A stretch of 64,000 bases of DNA from an uncultured virus (IMG/VR IMGVR_UViG_3300008448_009590). Lineage: Duplodnaviria; Heunggongvirae; Uroviricota; Caudoviricetes. A program made the translations under genes and the position numbers. Below are positions 47,596 to 59,200 of this stretch, piece after piece. The notes under the pieces are model-generated. The model was not told the origin of the DNA and did no database searches. It was given only the letters and a program-made list of their open reading frames with translations. The stretch's first letter is position 1. Every line of letters starts with the position of its first letter. The stretch is taken from the IMG/VR virus record IMGVR_UViG_3300008448_009590; one strand, given 5' to 3'.

Positions 47596-50500
47596 GTGTC
47601 AACAGCAATTGTAACCAAGTATTCTACCGCGAATACTGTACCTACTGCAAACTCACTTCTTGGTGGTGAATTAGCTTATTCATTTCCTTCTGGTAATTTA
47701 TTCATAGGAACTGAAGCCGGATCGTATGAAATTATTGGTGGTAGTTATTACACTAACATAATAGATCAGAGAAGTAGTAACACTTCATCCGGAACTTTAG
47801 TTTTACGGAATGTAGATGGTGATATTAGAACTAGTGTTTTTATATCAACACAAGATGATACTCCTGGATTTATTGGAAATTTAGATGGTATTGCGGATAG
47901 AGCAAACGCACTCCATAATTCAGTTCAAATAGTTCTTTCGGGTGATGTTCAATCGAATGTATTTACGACCTTTGGTAATACAGTTAATTTTCAAGTTGAA
48001 TTAAGTACTATAGTTCCCGGTGTATCTGGTACATACGGTAATTCTACTAATATTCCTGTAATTACAGTTGACACCAAGGGTAGAGTAACAGCTGTTTCCA
48101 ATTTAGCGATTTCTGTAGCATCACAAGAACAAGCAACTGCTGCCTTTGATAAAGCTAATGCAGCAAATGTATTAGCGCAAGCAGCTTTTAATGCAGCCAA
48201 TAGTTTAAGTCCCAATTTTAATCAGTCTGCATTTGATCGTGCTAATGCGGCTTTTAATTTAGCAAATTCTAGTTCTTTAGCTGCTAATACTCCTAGTTCA
48301 ATTGCAAATATAGCTTTAGATTTGGCTGGACTAAGTTATATACATGCTAATGCGGCTTTTGCTGTTGCGAATACTGGAGCTAACGCAGGACAAACTGCAA
48401 ATGAAGCCTACAGTTTAGTCAGTTATGTTTCAACTTCCGTAAATGCTTCGTTTGATACAGCAAATTCAGCTTATGATGCTTCAGTAAATACAGCTAATAT
48501 TGTTGTTGCTCTTGGTGAGTTAATACAGAGTTTTCAGGGAGTTGCAGTAAATGCTGAAAATATTTCAGTATCTACAAATACTTCTACTACATTAGCTTAT
48601 AGACACGCCAACGCTTCATTTAATGCTGCTAATACTAAATTAAGTTTAACTGGCGGCACAATTAATGGTAACGTATCGATTGTTGGTAATTTAAGTATAT
48701 CGGGTGATGTCAATTATATTGGCACAAATCAGTTACTTATTGGCGACAATATCATCACATTAAATGCTGATTTACCTAACAATTTAGCTCCCACTCAAAA
48801 TGCTGGCATAGAAGTTGCAAGAGGTTCCTCATCAAATGTTCATATAACATGGAATGAAGTTGCAGATAGATGGACATTTACAAACGATGGTACAAACTAT
48901 AGTAATTTTGCAACAGACTCAGCCGAGTCATATGCGAATGCCGCCTTTGCACAAGCTAATTCATCATTTGCATTAGGTACTCAAGCTGGTATTAGTGTTA
49001 GTGCAGCTTTTGATAGAACCAACTCTGCATTTACAAGAACAAATTCTTCGTTTAGTCAAGCAAATGCCTCCTATAATACGGCTAATGCAGCGTTTATACA
49101 GGCTAATACACCAAGTCATGTTGCAAACTCCGCGTCACTTTATGCCAATGCAGCGTTTGCTGCTGCGAATTCTTTAAGTCCAGAGTTCAACCAGAGTTCT
49201 TTTGATAAAGCTAATGCAGCTTTTAATTCTTCAAACTCTGTTGCTAACGTAGTAGGTTCTTATTCTAATTCAGCATACACTCATGCGAATGCGGCATTTG
49301 CTGCTGCAAATTCAATTACGTTTTCTGTAACTGACTTATATGCAAGAGCTCATTCTAATGCTGCTTATACAAATGCCAATAATACGTTAGCTGTAGCAGA
49401 TTCTTCTTATACACAGGCAAACCTTGCTACTGTTATTGCTGTTGCTGCTTATGCTAAGGCGAATAGTATTATTGATTTGGCAACAGGTCAAGCAGCTTTC
49501 GATGCTTCGAATAGTGCTGGTAATTATGCTAATTCCAGTTTTATACATTCTAATGCAGCATTTGCTTATGCAAATACTTTAGCTGCTGACTCTGTAGACT
49601 TCTTTGCTAGACCTCATGTTAATGCGGCATTTACACATGCCAATGCATCGTTTATACATGTAAACTCCGCATTTAGTGCCGTAAATACTAAATTCTCATC
49701 TTCTGGTGGAACAATTACCGGTAATGTAATAATTAACGGTAATGTAACGATAGATGCAATTCAGGCATCACTTAGTGTATCGACTTTAAGTGTGCAAGAC
49801 AATATTATTGATATTTCATCGGAGACAGTTGGTACACCTACAAATCCTGCTGGTATTAGAGTAATTCGTGGAGATGAGGTACCCGTACAGTTTAGATGGA
49901 ACGAATCATTATTAAAATGGACATTTACTAATGATGGATTTACTTATAGTAATGTAGGTTCGTCAACTGCTGAAGAATATGCTAACTCAGCTTTCTTAAA
50001 GTCCAACTCATCTTATGAGAGTCAGAATACAACAGGCATTTATGCTAACTTAGCTTTCACTCATGCAAATTCTGCTTATGAAAGTCAGAATGTAACAGGC
50101 ATTTATGCTAATTCCGCTTATTCTTTAGCTAATACTAAATTCTCATCTTCTGGTGGTACTGTAAGTGGTGATATCGTTGTTACTGGCAATTTAACAATAG
50201 TTGGTGAGACAGTTTATGCTAATACACAAACTGTATTAATCAAAGATAATATAATTACATTAAATGCAGCAACCAATTTATTATCTCCTGCTATCTTTAA
50301 TGCTGGTATAGAGGTTAATAGAGGATCATTATCAAACGTAGCTTTAATTTGGAATGAAACTGTAGACAATTGGCAGTATACGGTAGATGGAACAACCTAT
50401 ACAAACCTTTCTTCTGCATCGGCCGAATCTTACGCTAATGCAGCATTTGCTGCACAAAACACAACTGCAATTTACGCCAACTCATCCTTTAGTGCAGCTA

Positions 50501-52866
50501 ATACTGCTGACGATAAAGCTGTAACGTCTGGTAGTTATGCTAACTCTGCTTTTGTTGCTGCAAATTCTTCTGGTGCTTATGCTAATGCTGCGTTTAATTC
50601 TTCGAACATAGCTTTTTCAGTTGGTGCTACATCTGGCGCTTATGCTAATGCAGCATTTGCTTTAGCCAATACGTTATCTATAAGTGCAGTTGATACTTAT
50701 GCAAGACCACATGTTAACGCAGCATTTACTCATGCTAATGCATCATTTAATTTAGCTAACACCGCAAATGATACTTCTTTAAGTGGTAGTAATTATGCTA
50801 ACTCGGCATTTAGTGCTGCAAATACCTCGGATTCTAAAGCTGTAACATCAGGATCATATGCTAATGGAGCTTATACTCAAGCAAATACCGCAACTACTAA
50901 TGCGGCCACTGCTGATGGTAAAGCTGTAACAGCAGGTGACTATGCTAATGGTGCGTACAGTGCTGCAAATACTTCCGATTCTAAAGCTGTAACAGCTGGC
51001 AGTTATGCTAACGGTGCTTATGATAAGGCTAATACAGCAGACACTAAAGCTGTAACATCAGGTGTTTATGCAAATTCAGCATTTACTGTTGCTAATACTG
51101 CTGATGTTAAGGCTGTAACATCTGGTTCTTATGCTAACTCAGCGTATGAACAAGCTAATACTTCAAATACCAATGCTGCAACTGCTGATTCAAAAGCAGT
51201 AACAGCCGGTAACTATGCTAATGCTGCCTTTGGATCTGCAAATACATCTGATAGCAAAGCTGTAACGGCAGGTAACTATGCCAATTCAGCATACGGACAA
51301 GCAAACACTGCTACAACTAATGCTGCTACAGCTGATGGTAAAGCAGTAACATCCGGATCTTATGCTAACTCTGCTTTTGATACAGCTAATACTGCTGACG
51401 GTAAAGCTGTAACATCTGGTAATTACGCTAACTCTGCTTATGGTCAGGCCAACACCGCAACTACAAATGCTTCTACTGCTGACAGTAAAGCAGTAACAGC
51501 TGGCGATTATGCTAATTCTGCTTACAGTCAAGCTAATACATCGGATAGTAAAGCGGTAAGTGCAGGATCTTATGCTAATGGAGCTTATACTCAAGCTAAT
51601 ACCGCAACTACTAATGCAGCTACAGCTGATGATAAAGCGATAAGTGCTGGATTATACGCCAATTCTGCGTTCACTGCTGCTAATACTGCTGACAGTAAAG
51701 CATCAAGTGCAGGATCTTATGCTAATGGAGCCTATACTCAAGCAAATACCGCAACTACAAATGCGGCTACTGCTGACAGTAAAGCGACAAGTGCTGGACT
51801 ATACGCCAATTCAGCATTTGGTGCGGCTAATACCAAGTTCTCATCTTCAGGTGGTACCGTAAGTGGTGATGTAATCATTACTGGTAATGTAACAATTCAA
51901 GGAAATACCGCCGAATTTAGTGTACCACATTTCATTGTTCAAGATGGCATAATTGAAGTTAATGTTGAACAGATAGGAAATAATCCCGTAGAAAACGCTG
52001 GTTTAAGAGCCATGCGTGGAGATTTAAATCCAACATTAATTTTATGGAATGAAACGAATGATAGTTGGTCGTTTACAAATGATGGATTAAATTATAGTAA
52101 TATTGCTTCACAATCAGCAGAAAGTTATGCTAATGCAGCATTCAGTTCTGCCAATACGGCCAACAGTAATGCTATAAGTGCAGGCAGTTACGCTAATTCA
52201 GCTTATGCTTTAGCTAATACTATATCTTCTGGCGCAATTGATAACTACGCTAGACCACATGTTAATGCAGCATTTACACATGCTAATTCATCTTTTGATG
52301 CTGCAAATACTGCCGACTCTAAAGCTGTAACAGCTGGTAGCTATGCCAATAGTGCATTTGGTGTTGCTAATACTAAGTTAAGCACATCAGGAGGCACAAT
52401 CTCTGGTGATTTAAGTGTTACTGGTAATTTGACGGTATTAGGTAATGCTACTTCTATAGCTGTTTCAAGTATAAAAATAGATGATTCTTTAATTCAATTA
52501 GCTGCTAATAATGAATCGTCCGATACGATTGATATAGGTTTCTTTGGTCATTATAGCCCAGATGCTGGCGTGTCTAAAAAACATACTGGTTTATTCCGTG
52601 ACGCTAATGATGGTCGTTATTATCTATTTTACAATTATGAAGATCCTAGTTTCGAAACTCTATCGCCGAATAATGTAATTGATGTTGCTAATTCTACTTT
52701 TAGAGTTGCTAATTTAACTGCAAACGTCATTACAGATGTAATATCAATTCGTGGATATGATCCAATTAATTATACAAATACTGTTTATACTCATGCAAAT
52801 GCATCTTACTCTGCAGCAAATACTGCTATATCCGACGCTTTAGCCTTTGCCATTGCACTAGGATAA
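47596..52866 (+). CDS. Long tail fibre-like protein with Ala/Asn heptad repeats (1756 aa)
   Basis: N-terminal P..NSLLGGELAY..LFIG, VDTKGRVT, many YANSAF/YANAAF repeats, repeated GGTI.G..DNII.L..RG..WNE..W.FTNDG modules, C-terminal ALAFAIALG. Confidence 0.8.
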   Translation: MSTAIVTKYSTANTVPTANSLLGGELAYSFPSGNLFIGTEAGSYEIIGGSYYTNIIDQRSSNTSSGTLVLRNVDGDIRTSVFISTQDDTPGFIGNLDGIADRANALHNSVQIVLSGDVQSNVFTTFGNTVNFQVELSTIVPGVSGTYGNSTNIPVITVDTKGRVTAVSNLAISVASQEQATAAFDKANAANVLAQAAFNAANSLSPNFNQSAFDRANAAFNLANSSSLAANTPSSIANIALDLAGLSYIHANAAFAVANTGANAGQTANEAYSLVSYVSTSVNASFDTANSAYDASVNTANIVVALGELIQSFQGVAVNAENISVSTNTSTTLAYRHANASFNAANTKLSLTGGTINGNVSIVGNLSISGDVNYIGTNQLLIGDNIITLNADLPNNLAPTQNAGIEVARGSSSNVHITWNEVADRWTFTNDGTNYSNFATDSAESYANAAFAQANSSFALGTQAGISVSAAFDRTNSAFTRTNSSFSQANASYNTANAAFIQANTPSHVANSASLYANAAFAAANSLSPEFNQSSFDKANAAFNSSNSVANVVGSYSNSAYTHANAAFAAANSITFSVTDLYARAHSNAAYTNANNTLAVADSSYTQANLATVIAVAAYAKANSIIDLATGQAAFDASNSAGNYANSSFIHSNAAFAYANTLAADSVDFFARPHVNAAFTHANASFIHVNSAFSAVNTKFSSSGGTITGNVIINGNVTIDAIQASLSVSTLSVQDNIIDISSETVGTPTNPAGIRVIRGDEVPVQFRWNESLLKWTFTNDGFTYSNVGSSTAEEYANSAFLKSNSSYESQNTTGIYANLAFTHANSAYESQNVTGIYANSAYSLANTKFSSSGGTVSGDIVVTGNLTIVGETVYANTQTVLIKDNIITLNAATNLLSPAIFNAGIEVNRGSLSNVALIWNETVDNWQYTVDGTTYTNLSSASAESYANAAFAAQNTTAIYANSSFSAANTADDKAVTSGSYANSAFVAANSSGAYANAAFNSSNIAFSVGATSGAYANAAFALANTLSISAVDTYARPHVNAAFTHANASFNLANTANDTSLSGSNYANSAFSAANTSDSKAVTSGSYANGAYTQANTATTNAATADGKAVTAGDYANGAYSAANTSDSKAVTAGSYANGAYDKANTADTKAVTSGVYANSAFTVANTADVKAVTSGSYANSAYEQANTSNTNAATADSKAVTAGNYANAAFGSANTSDSKAVTAGNYANSAYGQANTATTNAATADGKAVTSGSYANSAFDTANTADGKAVTSGNYANSAYGQANTATTNASTADSKAVTAGDYANSAYSQANTSDSKAVSAGSYANGAYTQANTATTNAATADDKAISAGLYANSAFTAANTADSKASSAGSYANGAYTQANTATTNAATADSKATSAGLYANSAFGAANTKFSSSGGTVSGDVIITGNVTIQGNTAEFSVPHFIVQDGIIEVNVEQIGNNPVENAGLRAMRGDLNPTLILWNETNDSWSFTNDGLNYSNIASQSAESYANAAFSSANTANSNAISAGSYANSAYALANTISSGAIDNYARPHVNAAFTHANSSFDAANTADSKAVTAGSYANSAFGVANTKLSTSGGTISGDLSVTGNLTVLGNATSIAVSSIKIDDSLIQLAANNESSDTIDIGFFGHYSPDAGVSKKHTGLFRDANDGRYYLFYNYEDPSFETLSPNNVIDVANSTFRVANLTANVITDVISIRGYDPINYTNTVYTHANASYSAANTAISDALAFAIALG

Positions 52867-52869
52867 ATA
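52862..52869 (+). promoter_or_regulatory. Late promoter-like motif GATAAATA
   Basis: Overlaps the stop of the fibre gene; upstream of SD GAGG and ATG 52890. Confidence 0.45.
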
Positions 52870-52889
52870 TTGTTTATTGAGGAAAATAA

Positions 52890-53213
52890 ATGGCAAATAC
52901 GTTTAAAAATAGTTTTTCACAAAGTGTAGGTCAAACTTCAGACACAATTTATACTGCTACTGGTGTTCAAGCCACCGTTATAGGTATGAGTGTTGCGAAT
53001 GTTACTCAGGCAGATGTAAAAGCAAATGTTTTTGTTACTTCTTCCGGAACAGATTATTTCTTAGTTAAAAGTGCATTGATAGAACCTGGTAGTGCATTAG
53101 TTCCTATTGGAGGAGATCAAAAATTGGTTTTAGAGTCTGGTGACTTAATTAAAGTTCAATCAGATACATCTTCTTCTTTAGATGTAATCTTAAGCGTATT
53201 AGAAATAAGCTAA
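52890..53213 (+). CDS. Small beta-rich virion protein (putative fibre connector)
   Basis: MANTFKN..IGMSVANV..KLVLESGD.I.V..SLDV.LSVLEI. Confidence 0.65.
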   Translation: MANTFKNSFSQSVGQTSDTIYTATGVQATVIGMSVANVTQADVKANVFVTSSGTDYFLVKSALIEPGSALVPIGGDQKLVLESGDLIKVQSDTSSSLDVILSVLEIS

Positions 53214-53214
53214 C

Positions 53215-56200
53215 ATGACATATTCTTATATTGGCAATCAGTCTACTTCCAATCAACTTAATAAAGTTAAAACTGAAGCTAACTCAGCATTTAGTGCTGC
53301 AAATTCTTCAGGTTCTTATGCTAACTCAGCATTTAGTGCTGCCAATACAGCCGACAGTAAGGCTGTAACATCTGGATTATATGCTAATTCAGCCTACGCT
53401 TTAGCTAATACTGTATCCTCTGGTGCAATCGATAATTATGCTAGACCACATGCTAACGCTGCATTTGAGGTAGCTAACAGTAGTTCTTCTTATTCTAATT
53501 CTGCATTTTTAGCAGCCAATACATCAGACAGTAAAGCTGTTACGGCTGGTTCTTATGCTAACTCTGCTTATGGTCAAGCAAACACTGCCACAACTAATGC
53601 TGCTACGGCCGATACTAAAGCTGTAGATGCTGGTAATTACGCTAATTCAGCGTTTGGTATTGCCAACACAGCAAATGTCAATTCTATTTCTGCTGGCAGT
53701 TATGCTAACTCTGCTTATACTCAAGCAAATACCGCAACTACAAATGCTGCTACAGCTGATGGTAAAGCAGTAACAGCTGGCAGTTATGCTAACTCATCCT
53801 TCAGTGCAGCTAATACTGCTGACGGTAAAGCTGTAACATCTGGATCATACGCTAACTCAGCATTTGCAACAGCTAATACTGTTGATGATAAAGTATCAAC
53901 ATCTGGATCATACGCTAACTCAGCATTTGGTGCTGCCAATACAGCGGATACTAAAGCAGTAAACGCTGGATCATATGCTAATGCTGCCTTTGGTCAGGCT
54001 AATACAGCCACAACTAATGCGGCTACGGCCGATAGTAAGGCTGTTAGTGCTGGTAATTATGCTAACGCAGCATTTGATGTTGCTAACACTGCTGATGGTA
54101 AAGCTGTAACAGCTGGATCGTATGCTAATTCGGCATATGTTCAGGCTAATACAGCTACTACTAATGCGGCCACTGCTGACAGTAAAGCAGTAAGTGCTGG
54201 AGAATATGCTAACTCATCTTTTGGTGCAGCTAATACTGCTGATAGTAAAGCTGTAACAGCTGGTAATTACGCTAACTCAGCATTTGGTTCTGCAAACACC
54301 GCAGACGCTAAGGCTGTAACATCTGGATTATATGCTAATGCAGCCTATGCTTTAGCTAATACTATATCTTCTGGTGCAATTGATAACTATGCTAGACCTC
54401 ATGCTAATGCTGCATTTGAGGTAGCTAATTCAGCTTCCAGTTATGCTAACAATGCATTTGCTTCTGCTAACACGGCCGATAGTAAAGCAGTAACATCTGG
54501 TAGCTATGCTAACTCAGCATTTAGTGCTGCCAATAACAAATATTCTTCCTCTGGTGGTACTATTACAGGAGATGTTGTTGTTACTGGTAATTTGACAGTA
54601 AGTGGAACTCAGACTATTATTAATACTGAGACATTAAATCTTGCTGACAATCTAATTGACCTCAATAGTAACTTTACATCGGGAGCACCTACTGAAAATG
54701 CCGGTATAAGAATTATACGCGGTGATGAGTTGCCCGTACAATTGAGATGGAATGAAACTGTAGATCAATGGCAATTTACTGTTGATGGATCTAATTATAA
54801 TAACATAGCTTCACAATCAGTAGAAAGTTATGCTAACTCAGCCTTTGGTACTGCTAATACAGTAGACAGTAAAGCAGTAACAGCTGGCAGTTATGCTAAT
54901 TCCGCTTTTGGTACTGCTAATACAGCTACTGCAAATGCTGCTACAGCTGATGGTAAAGCAGTAACAGCTGGCAGTTATGCTAATAGTGCTTTTGCTGCTG
55001 CGAATACTGTTTTAAGTGGTTCAGTTGACAACTATGCTAGACCTCATGCTAATGCAGCATTTGAGGTAGCTAATAGTTCCTCTGTTTATGCTAATTCGGC
55101 TTACGGTCAGGCTAATACCGCAACTACCAATGCGGCTACTGCTGACAGTAAAGCGATAAGTGCTGGCAGTTATGCTAATTCAGCATTTAGTTCTTCTAAC
55201 ACCGCCACAACAAATGCTGCTACTGCTGACAGTAAAGCAGTAAGTGCTGGAGAATATGCTAACTCTGCTTACGGTCAAGCTAACACCGCAATCACTAATG
55301 CTGCTACTGCCGATTCTAAAGCTGTATCAGCAAGTGACTATGCTAATGGTGCATTTAATACTGCGAATAGTGGTTCGAGTTATGCTAATTCAGCATTTTT
55401 AACATCCAATACTGCTGATAGTAAAGCTGTAACATCTGGTAATTATGCTAATGCAGCCTTTGCTTTAGCTAACACAGTATCAAGTGGATCGGTTGATAAC
55501 TACGCTAGACCACATGCTAACGCAGCATTTGAGGTAGCTAATTCAGCTTCCAGTTATGCTAACGGTGCATTTGCTTCTGCTAACACGGCCGATAGTAAAG
55601 CAGTAAGTGCTGGTAATTACGCTAACTCGGCTTATACTCAAGCAAATACTGCTACGACTAATGCTGCAACTGCTGATGGTAAAGCAACAAGTGCTGGTTC
55701 ATATGCTAATTCAGCTTATACTCAAGCAAACACTGCTACGACTAATGCTGCAACTGCTGATGATAAAGCAACAAGTGCTGGTTCATATGCTAACTCCGCA
55801 TTTAGTTCTTCTAATACTAAATTCTCATCTTCTGGTGGTACTATTACAGGAGATATTGTCGTTACTGGTAATTTAACGGTAAGTGGAACTAGAACGATAG
55901 TAGATACAGAAATTGTAACTATAGCTGATAATTTAATTGATCTTAACAGTAATTTTGTTACCGGTACTCCTACTGAAAATGGTGGCATAAGGGTTATCCG
56001 AGGTGATGAAGTACCTGTACAATTAAGATGGAATGAAAGTGCAAAATATTGGCAGTTCAGTAATGATGGTGTATCATATTCAAATGTAGCTTCTCAAATA
56101 TCTGAACAATATGCCAACTCGGCATTTGCAACTGCTAACTCCGCTGATAGTAAAATAACTACAGTAGGTAACTATGCTAACTCGGCATTTGGTGCTGCTA

Positions 56201-59200
56201 ATACATCAGACAGTAAAGCTGTAACAGCTGGATCGTATGCTAACTCTGCTTATGGTCAAGCAAATACAGCAACTACGAATGCTGCTACGGCCGATACTAA
56301 AGCTGTAACAGCTGGCAGTTATGCTAATGCAGCCTTTGCTTTAGCTAATACAGTATCAAGTGGTTCGGTTGATAATTATGCTAGACCACATGCTAATGCT
56401 GCATTCAATACTGCTAATAGTGGATCAAGTTATGCTAACTCTGCATTTGGTGCAGCTAATACTGCTGACTCTAAAGCAGTAACATCTGGTAATTACGCTA
56501 ACTCAGCTTATGGTCAGGCTAATACAGCAACTACGAATGCTGCTACTGCTGACGGTAAAGCAGTAACAGCTGGATTGTATGCTAATGGTGCGTACAGTGC
56601 AGCTAATACTGCTGACGATAAAGCAATAACATCAGGATCATATGCCAATTCAGCATATGGACAAGCAAATACAGCAACTACCAATGCGGCCACTGCTGAC
56701 AGTAAAGCAGTAACGGCAGGAGACTATGCTAACTCATCCTTCAGTGCAGCTAATACTGCTGACGGTAAAGCTGTAACAGCTGGTAATTACGCTAACTCAG
56801 CCTATGGTCAAGCAAACACCGCAAACACCAATGCTGCAACTGCTGATGGTAAAGCAGTAACAGCTGGCAGTTATGCTAATAGTGCTTTTGCAGCTGCCAA
56901 TAATGCGGTAGATACTTGGGTTAGAGATGCTGCCAATAGTGCATCTAGTTATGCTAATTCAGCATTTGGCGCAGCGAATACATCTGACAGTAAAGCTGTA
57001 ACAGCTGGCAGTTATGCTAACTCATCATTTACAAAAGCAAATTCTGCTTATGACTTAGCTTCAGCTGTAGCGGCAAATGGTAATTTTATATTGAGTGTTA
57101 AAAATGACACTTTTGTTGGAACGGGTTCTTGTACAACTTTTCAATTATCAACAACTCCTGCAAATGAAGATTATACTTTAATTACTATAGAAGGTGTCAC
57201 TCAATTAAAATCTTCTTATAGTTTATCTGCTGCAAATGTTATATTTTCTGAAGCGCCAAAGTTAAGTGATAATATTGATGTATTAGTATTTTCTTCTGAT
57301 GTTAATCCTTCATTTGGTGCAGCCAACTCAGCAGGACTTTATGCTAATGCTGCCTTTGCTTTAGCTAATGCAGTTTCGAGTGGTTCTGTTGATGCTTATG
57401 CCAGACCTCATGCTAATGCTGCCTTTGATGTAGCTAACAGTGCTTCTGGTTATGCCAATTCAGCATTTGGTGCAGCTAATACTGCAACTACTAATGCGGC
57501 CACTGCTGACAGCAAAGCTGTAACAGCGGGTAGTTATGCCAACTCAGCATTTAATACTGCGAATAATAACGTATCAAATACTGGCGGCACAATCTCTGGC
57601 GATTTAAGTATTACTGGCAATTTAACAGTATTTGGCAATGCAACCTCAATTGCAGTCTCTAGTATAAAAATAGATGATTCTTTAATTCAGTTAGCTGCTA
57701 ATAATGAATCTGATGCAATTGATATCGGGTTTTTTGGACATTATAGTACTGATGCTGGAGTAACTCAGAAACATACTGGTTTATTCCGTGATGCTACCGA
57801 TGGTCGTTATTATTTGTTTTACAATTACGAAGATGCCAGTTTCGATACACTAACACCGAATAATGTAATTGATGTTGCTAATTCTACTTTTAGAGTTGCC
57901 AATTTAACTGCGAATATTGTTACGGATGTAATATCAATTCGTGGATATGATCCAATTAATTATACTAATTCTGCTTTTAATGCAGCAAATACAGCAGATA
58001 GTAAAGCAGTATCAGCTGGTAGTTATTCTAACGCAGCATTTGAGGCAGCTAATAGTTCTTCTGGTTATGCTAATTCAGCTTATGGCCAAGCAAACACTGC
58101 CACAACTAATGCTGCGACTGCTGATGGTAAAGCTGTAACAGCTGGCATTTATGCTAATGCTGCGTTTGCTTTAGCTAATACAATCTCAAGTGGTTCAGTT
58201 GACAACTATGCTAGACCACATGCTAATGCTGCATTTGAGGTAGCTAATTCAGCTTCCAGTTATGCTAACGGTGCATTTGGTGTGGCTAATACAGCAGATA
58301 GTAAAGCCGTAAGTGCGGGACTTTATGCTAATGCAGCATTTGGTACTGCTAATTCAGCTTCAAGTTATGCTAACTCAGCATTTGGTACTGCTAATACGGC
58401 AGATGCTAACGCTGGAACTGCTGATAGTAAAGCTGTAACAGCTGGTAACTATGCTAACTCTGCATTTAGTGTTGCTAATACGTCAGACAGTAAAGCTGTA
58501 ACAGCTGGCAGTTATGCTAATGCAGCCTTTGCTTTAGCTAATACAGTTTCAAGTGGTTCAGTTGACAACTATGCTAGACCACATGCTAATGCAGCATTTG
58601 AGGTAGCTAACAGTGCTTCTGGTTATGCTAACTCAGCTTATGGTCAAGCTAATACATCAGACAGTAAAGCAACGAGTGCTGGCAGTTATGCTAACTCAGC
58701 TTATGGTCAGGCTAATACAGCTACTACCAATGCTGCGACTGCTGATCAGAAAGCAGTTACTTCGGGTTCTTATGCTAATTCTGCATTTGATACTGCTAAT
58801 ACAGCCACAACTAATGCTTCTAATGCCAACAGTAATGCTTTAATTGCTGGATCGTATGCTAACTCAGCATTTGCTGCTGCTAACAATGCTACAGACACAT
58901 GGGTAAGAAATGCTGCTAATGCAGCTTCCAGTTATGCCAATTCAGCATTTGGTACTGCAAATACATCGGATTCTAAGTCTCAATCCGCAAGTTTGTATGC
59001 TAATGCTGCTTTTGCTTTAGCTAATACACTATCTTCAGGTAATGTAGATCAGTATGCTAGAGACCTATCTAATGCAGCATCATTACATTCAAATACCGCA
59101 TTTAATTTTGCAAATACTTTAATAGGAACTGGAACATCAATAGTTGGTTATGTAGATGAGTTTTTGGGCGATGGAGCTTGTACAGAATTTACACTAATAA

